Assembly (NCBI GenBank): GCA_938091905.1
Contig: CALKOM010000128.1
Location: 1-58,238 of the forward strand
DNA length: 58,238 nt
Direction of reading: 5' to 3'
Origin: an uncultured Verrucomicrobiales bacterium
Lineage (GTDB): Bacteria > Verrucomicrobiota > Verrucomicrobiia > Verrucomicrobiales > DEV007
Shown here: positions 57,361 through 58,238 of the stretch, in pieces
Layout: each line of letters starts with the position of its first letter
Position numbering within the stretch: position 1 is the first letter of the stretch
Program-made: the position numbers and the translations under genes
Notes under the pieces: model-generated
The model's input: only the letters and a program-made list of their open reading frames with translations
The model's database searches: none
What the model was told of the DNA's origin: nothing

Positions 57361-57879
57361 TTAAGTAATTTGTTGTTCAATGCACGTGCGGATCTGGCGT
57401 CGAGTTCGCACAAGCATTTGTCGGACATTGGCCGCCGATTTCTGAAGCCGCTTGGAAAGTTCGTTGGTGGTGAGACCATCATGATAGTGCCCCCGAATCA
57501 GAGCACGTTTGTCCGGTCTAAGTTTCGCCAAGCAACCCTGCACCACTTCAACGCTGACCGGTGGACCCGGTTCGGGATGATCTATGTACGAAGTCAACAT
57601 TGTCTGAGCAAGATCGCTGCTCAAGAGGCGTTCGCGCCGGTTTCGTTTGCGAATTTCATTGCGAACGAGGTTTGCCGCAATGCCGCGCACCCATCTCCCA
57701 AAGTCACGTTGGTGATCAAAGCTGTCCCATTTCCGGAAGGCTTCCATAAACGCCTCTTGGGCCACATCGTCCACCCAATCTGGCTCCACACCAAGCGAAC
57801 GCAAAAACGCCCGGACCCGAACATGATGCTCGTGCACCAGCGGCCCGAACTGGTCGAAACGATTCCGGGAATCTTCCAT
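57361..57879 (-). CDS. ECF RNA polymerase sigma-70 factor
   Basis: Region 2 (VRAFL...DDVAQEAF...FGRWVRGIAANLVRNEIRK) and region 4 (CLAKL...LIRGHYHDGLTTNELS...VRQMLVRTRRQIRTCI). Confidence 0.92.
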   Translation of the reverse strand: MEDSRNRFDQFGPLVHEHHVRVRAFLRSLGVEPDWVDDVAQEAFMEAFRKWDSFDHQRDFGRWVRGIAANLVRNEIRKRNRRERLLSSDLAQTMLTSYIDHPEPGPPVSVEVVQGCLAKLRPDKRALIRGHYHDGLTTNELSKRLQKSAANVRQMLVRTRRQIRTCIEQQIT

Positions 57880-58023
57880 TCAGGTGGGTATTGTCGCGAG
57901 CAGCACCATTAGTGACAGCCAATTTCGCGAGCAGTTCTCGGGGGCCCAAGGCTTCCTCAATCGTCCCATCCTCCTTGTTCTCATGGATTTCGCTCGTAAA
58001 GCCGATACAACCTTCGTTCCCAT

Positions 58024-58238
58024 ATGCTCACCGCCACTTTCCAATCCTTCGGTGCCCCTGAAAGCGTGGTTTCCCTTGAAGAGCAGGCATCGCTCCGGCT
58101 CACTCCGGGTCACGTCAGAGTGCGGCTTCTCGCAGCTCCGATCAACCCGGCGGATATCAACTACATTCAGGGCGTCTACGGAGTGAAACCCGAACTTCCG
58201 GCCAGCCCGGGCATGGAAGGCTGCGGCGAGGTGATCGA
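58024..58238 (+). CDS. 2-enoyl-thioester reductase / MDR oxidoreductase, 5' part (runs off window)
   Basis: Not in the ORF track because it has no stop. Reads [16 protein letters not shown]...[41 protein letters not shown], typical of the MECR/ETR N-terminus. Confidence 0.88.
   Translation, partial: MLTATFQSFGAPESVVSLEEQASLRLTPGHVRVRLLAAPINPADINYIQGVYGVKPELPASPGMEGCGEVI

Overview
A ~58 kb stretch of moderately GC-rich bacterial chromosome. Gene content suggests Verrucomicrobiota (inferred from large LamG/PA14/lamin-tail/CotH exoproteins with 'S-x-(D/N)-L-x-x-W...F/Y-x-R' tail modules, a PVC-type ECF sigma factor and DPxAAxxW helical-repeat proteins). Housekeeping or metabolic genes: dxs, xseB, tRNA-Val(UAC), cardiolipin-synthase-like PLD, uxuA, an M42 peptidase, an ATE/Bpt-like transferase, tricorn protease, a sugar nucleotidyltransferase and a partial enoyl-thioester reductase. 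Signalling: an NtrC-type activator, a giant multi-PAS HisKA_2 protein followed by a hybrid kinase, and an ECF sigma/anti-sigma pair. Transport: two MacB-like permeases and a GldA/F/G-like ABC system with a DUF4340-like partner. The window is rich in decayed genes: an IS3 transposase, an FG-GAP exoprotein, a secreted helical protein, a nucleotidyltransferase toxin-antitoxin pair, a helical-repeat protein and possibly a frameshifted lipoprotein. The best leads are (i) a candidate export/anchoring module shared by five exoproteins, two of which carry the same extra terminal domain, (ii) an anti-sigma fused to a DPxAAxxW repeat domain, (iii) a probable multi-PAS pseudokinase (HRxxN changed to QRxxN) paired with a hybrid kinase and (iv) an unannotated, decayed MenAT-like TA locus. 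No CRISPR array, prophage or rRNA was seen. All family assignments come from motif recognition by eye, not database searches.
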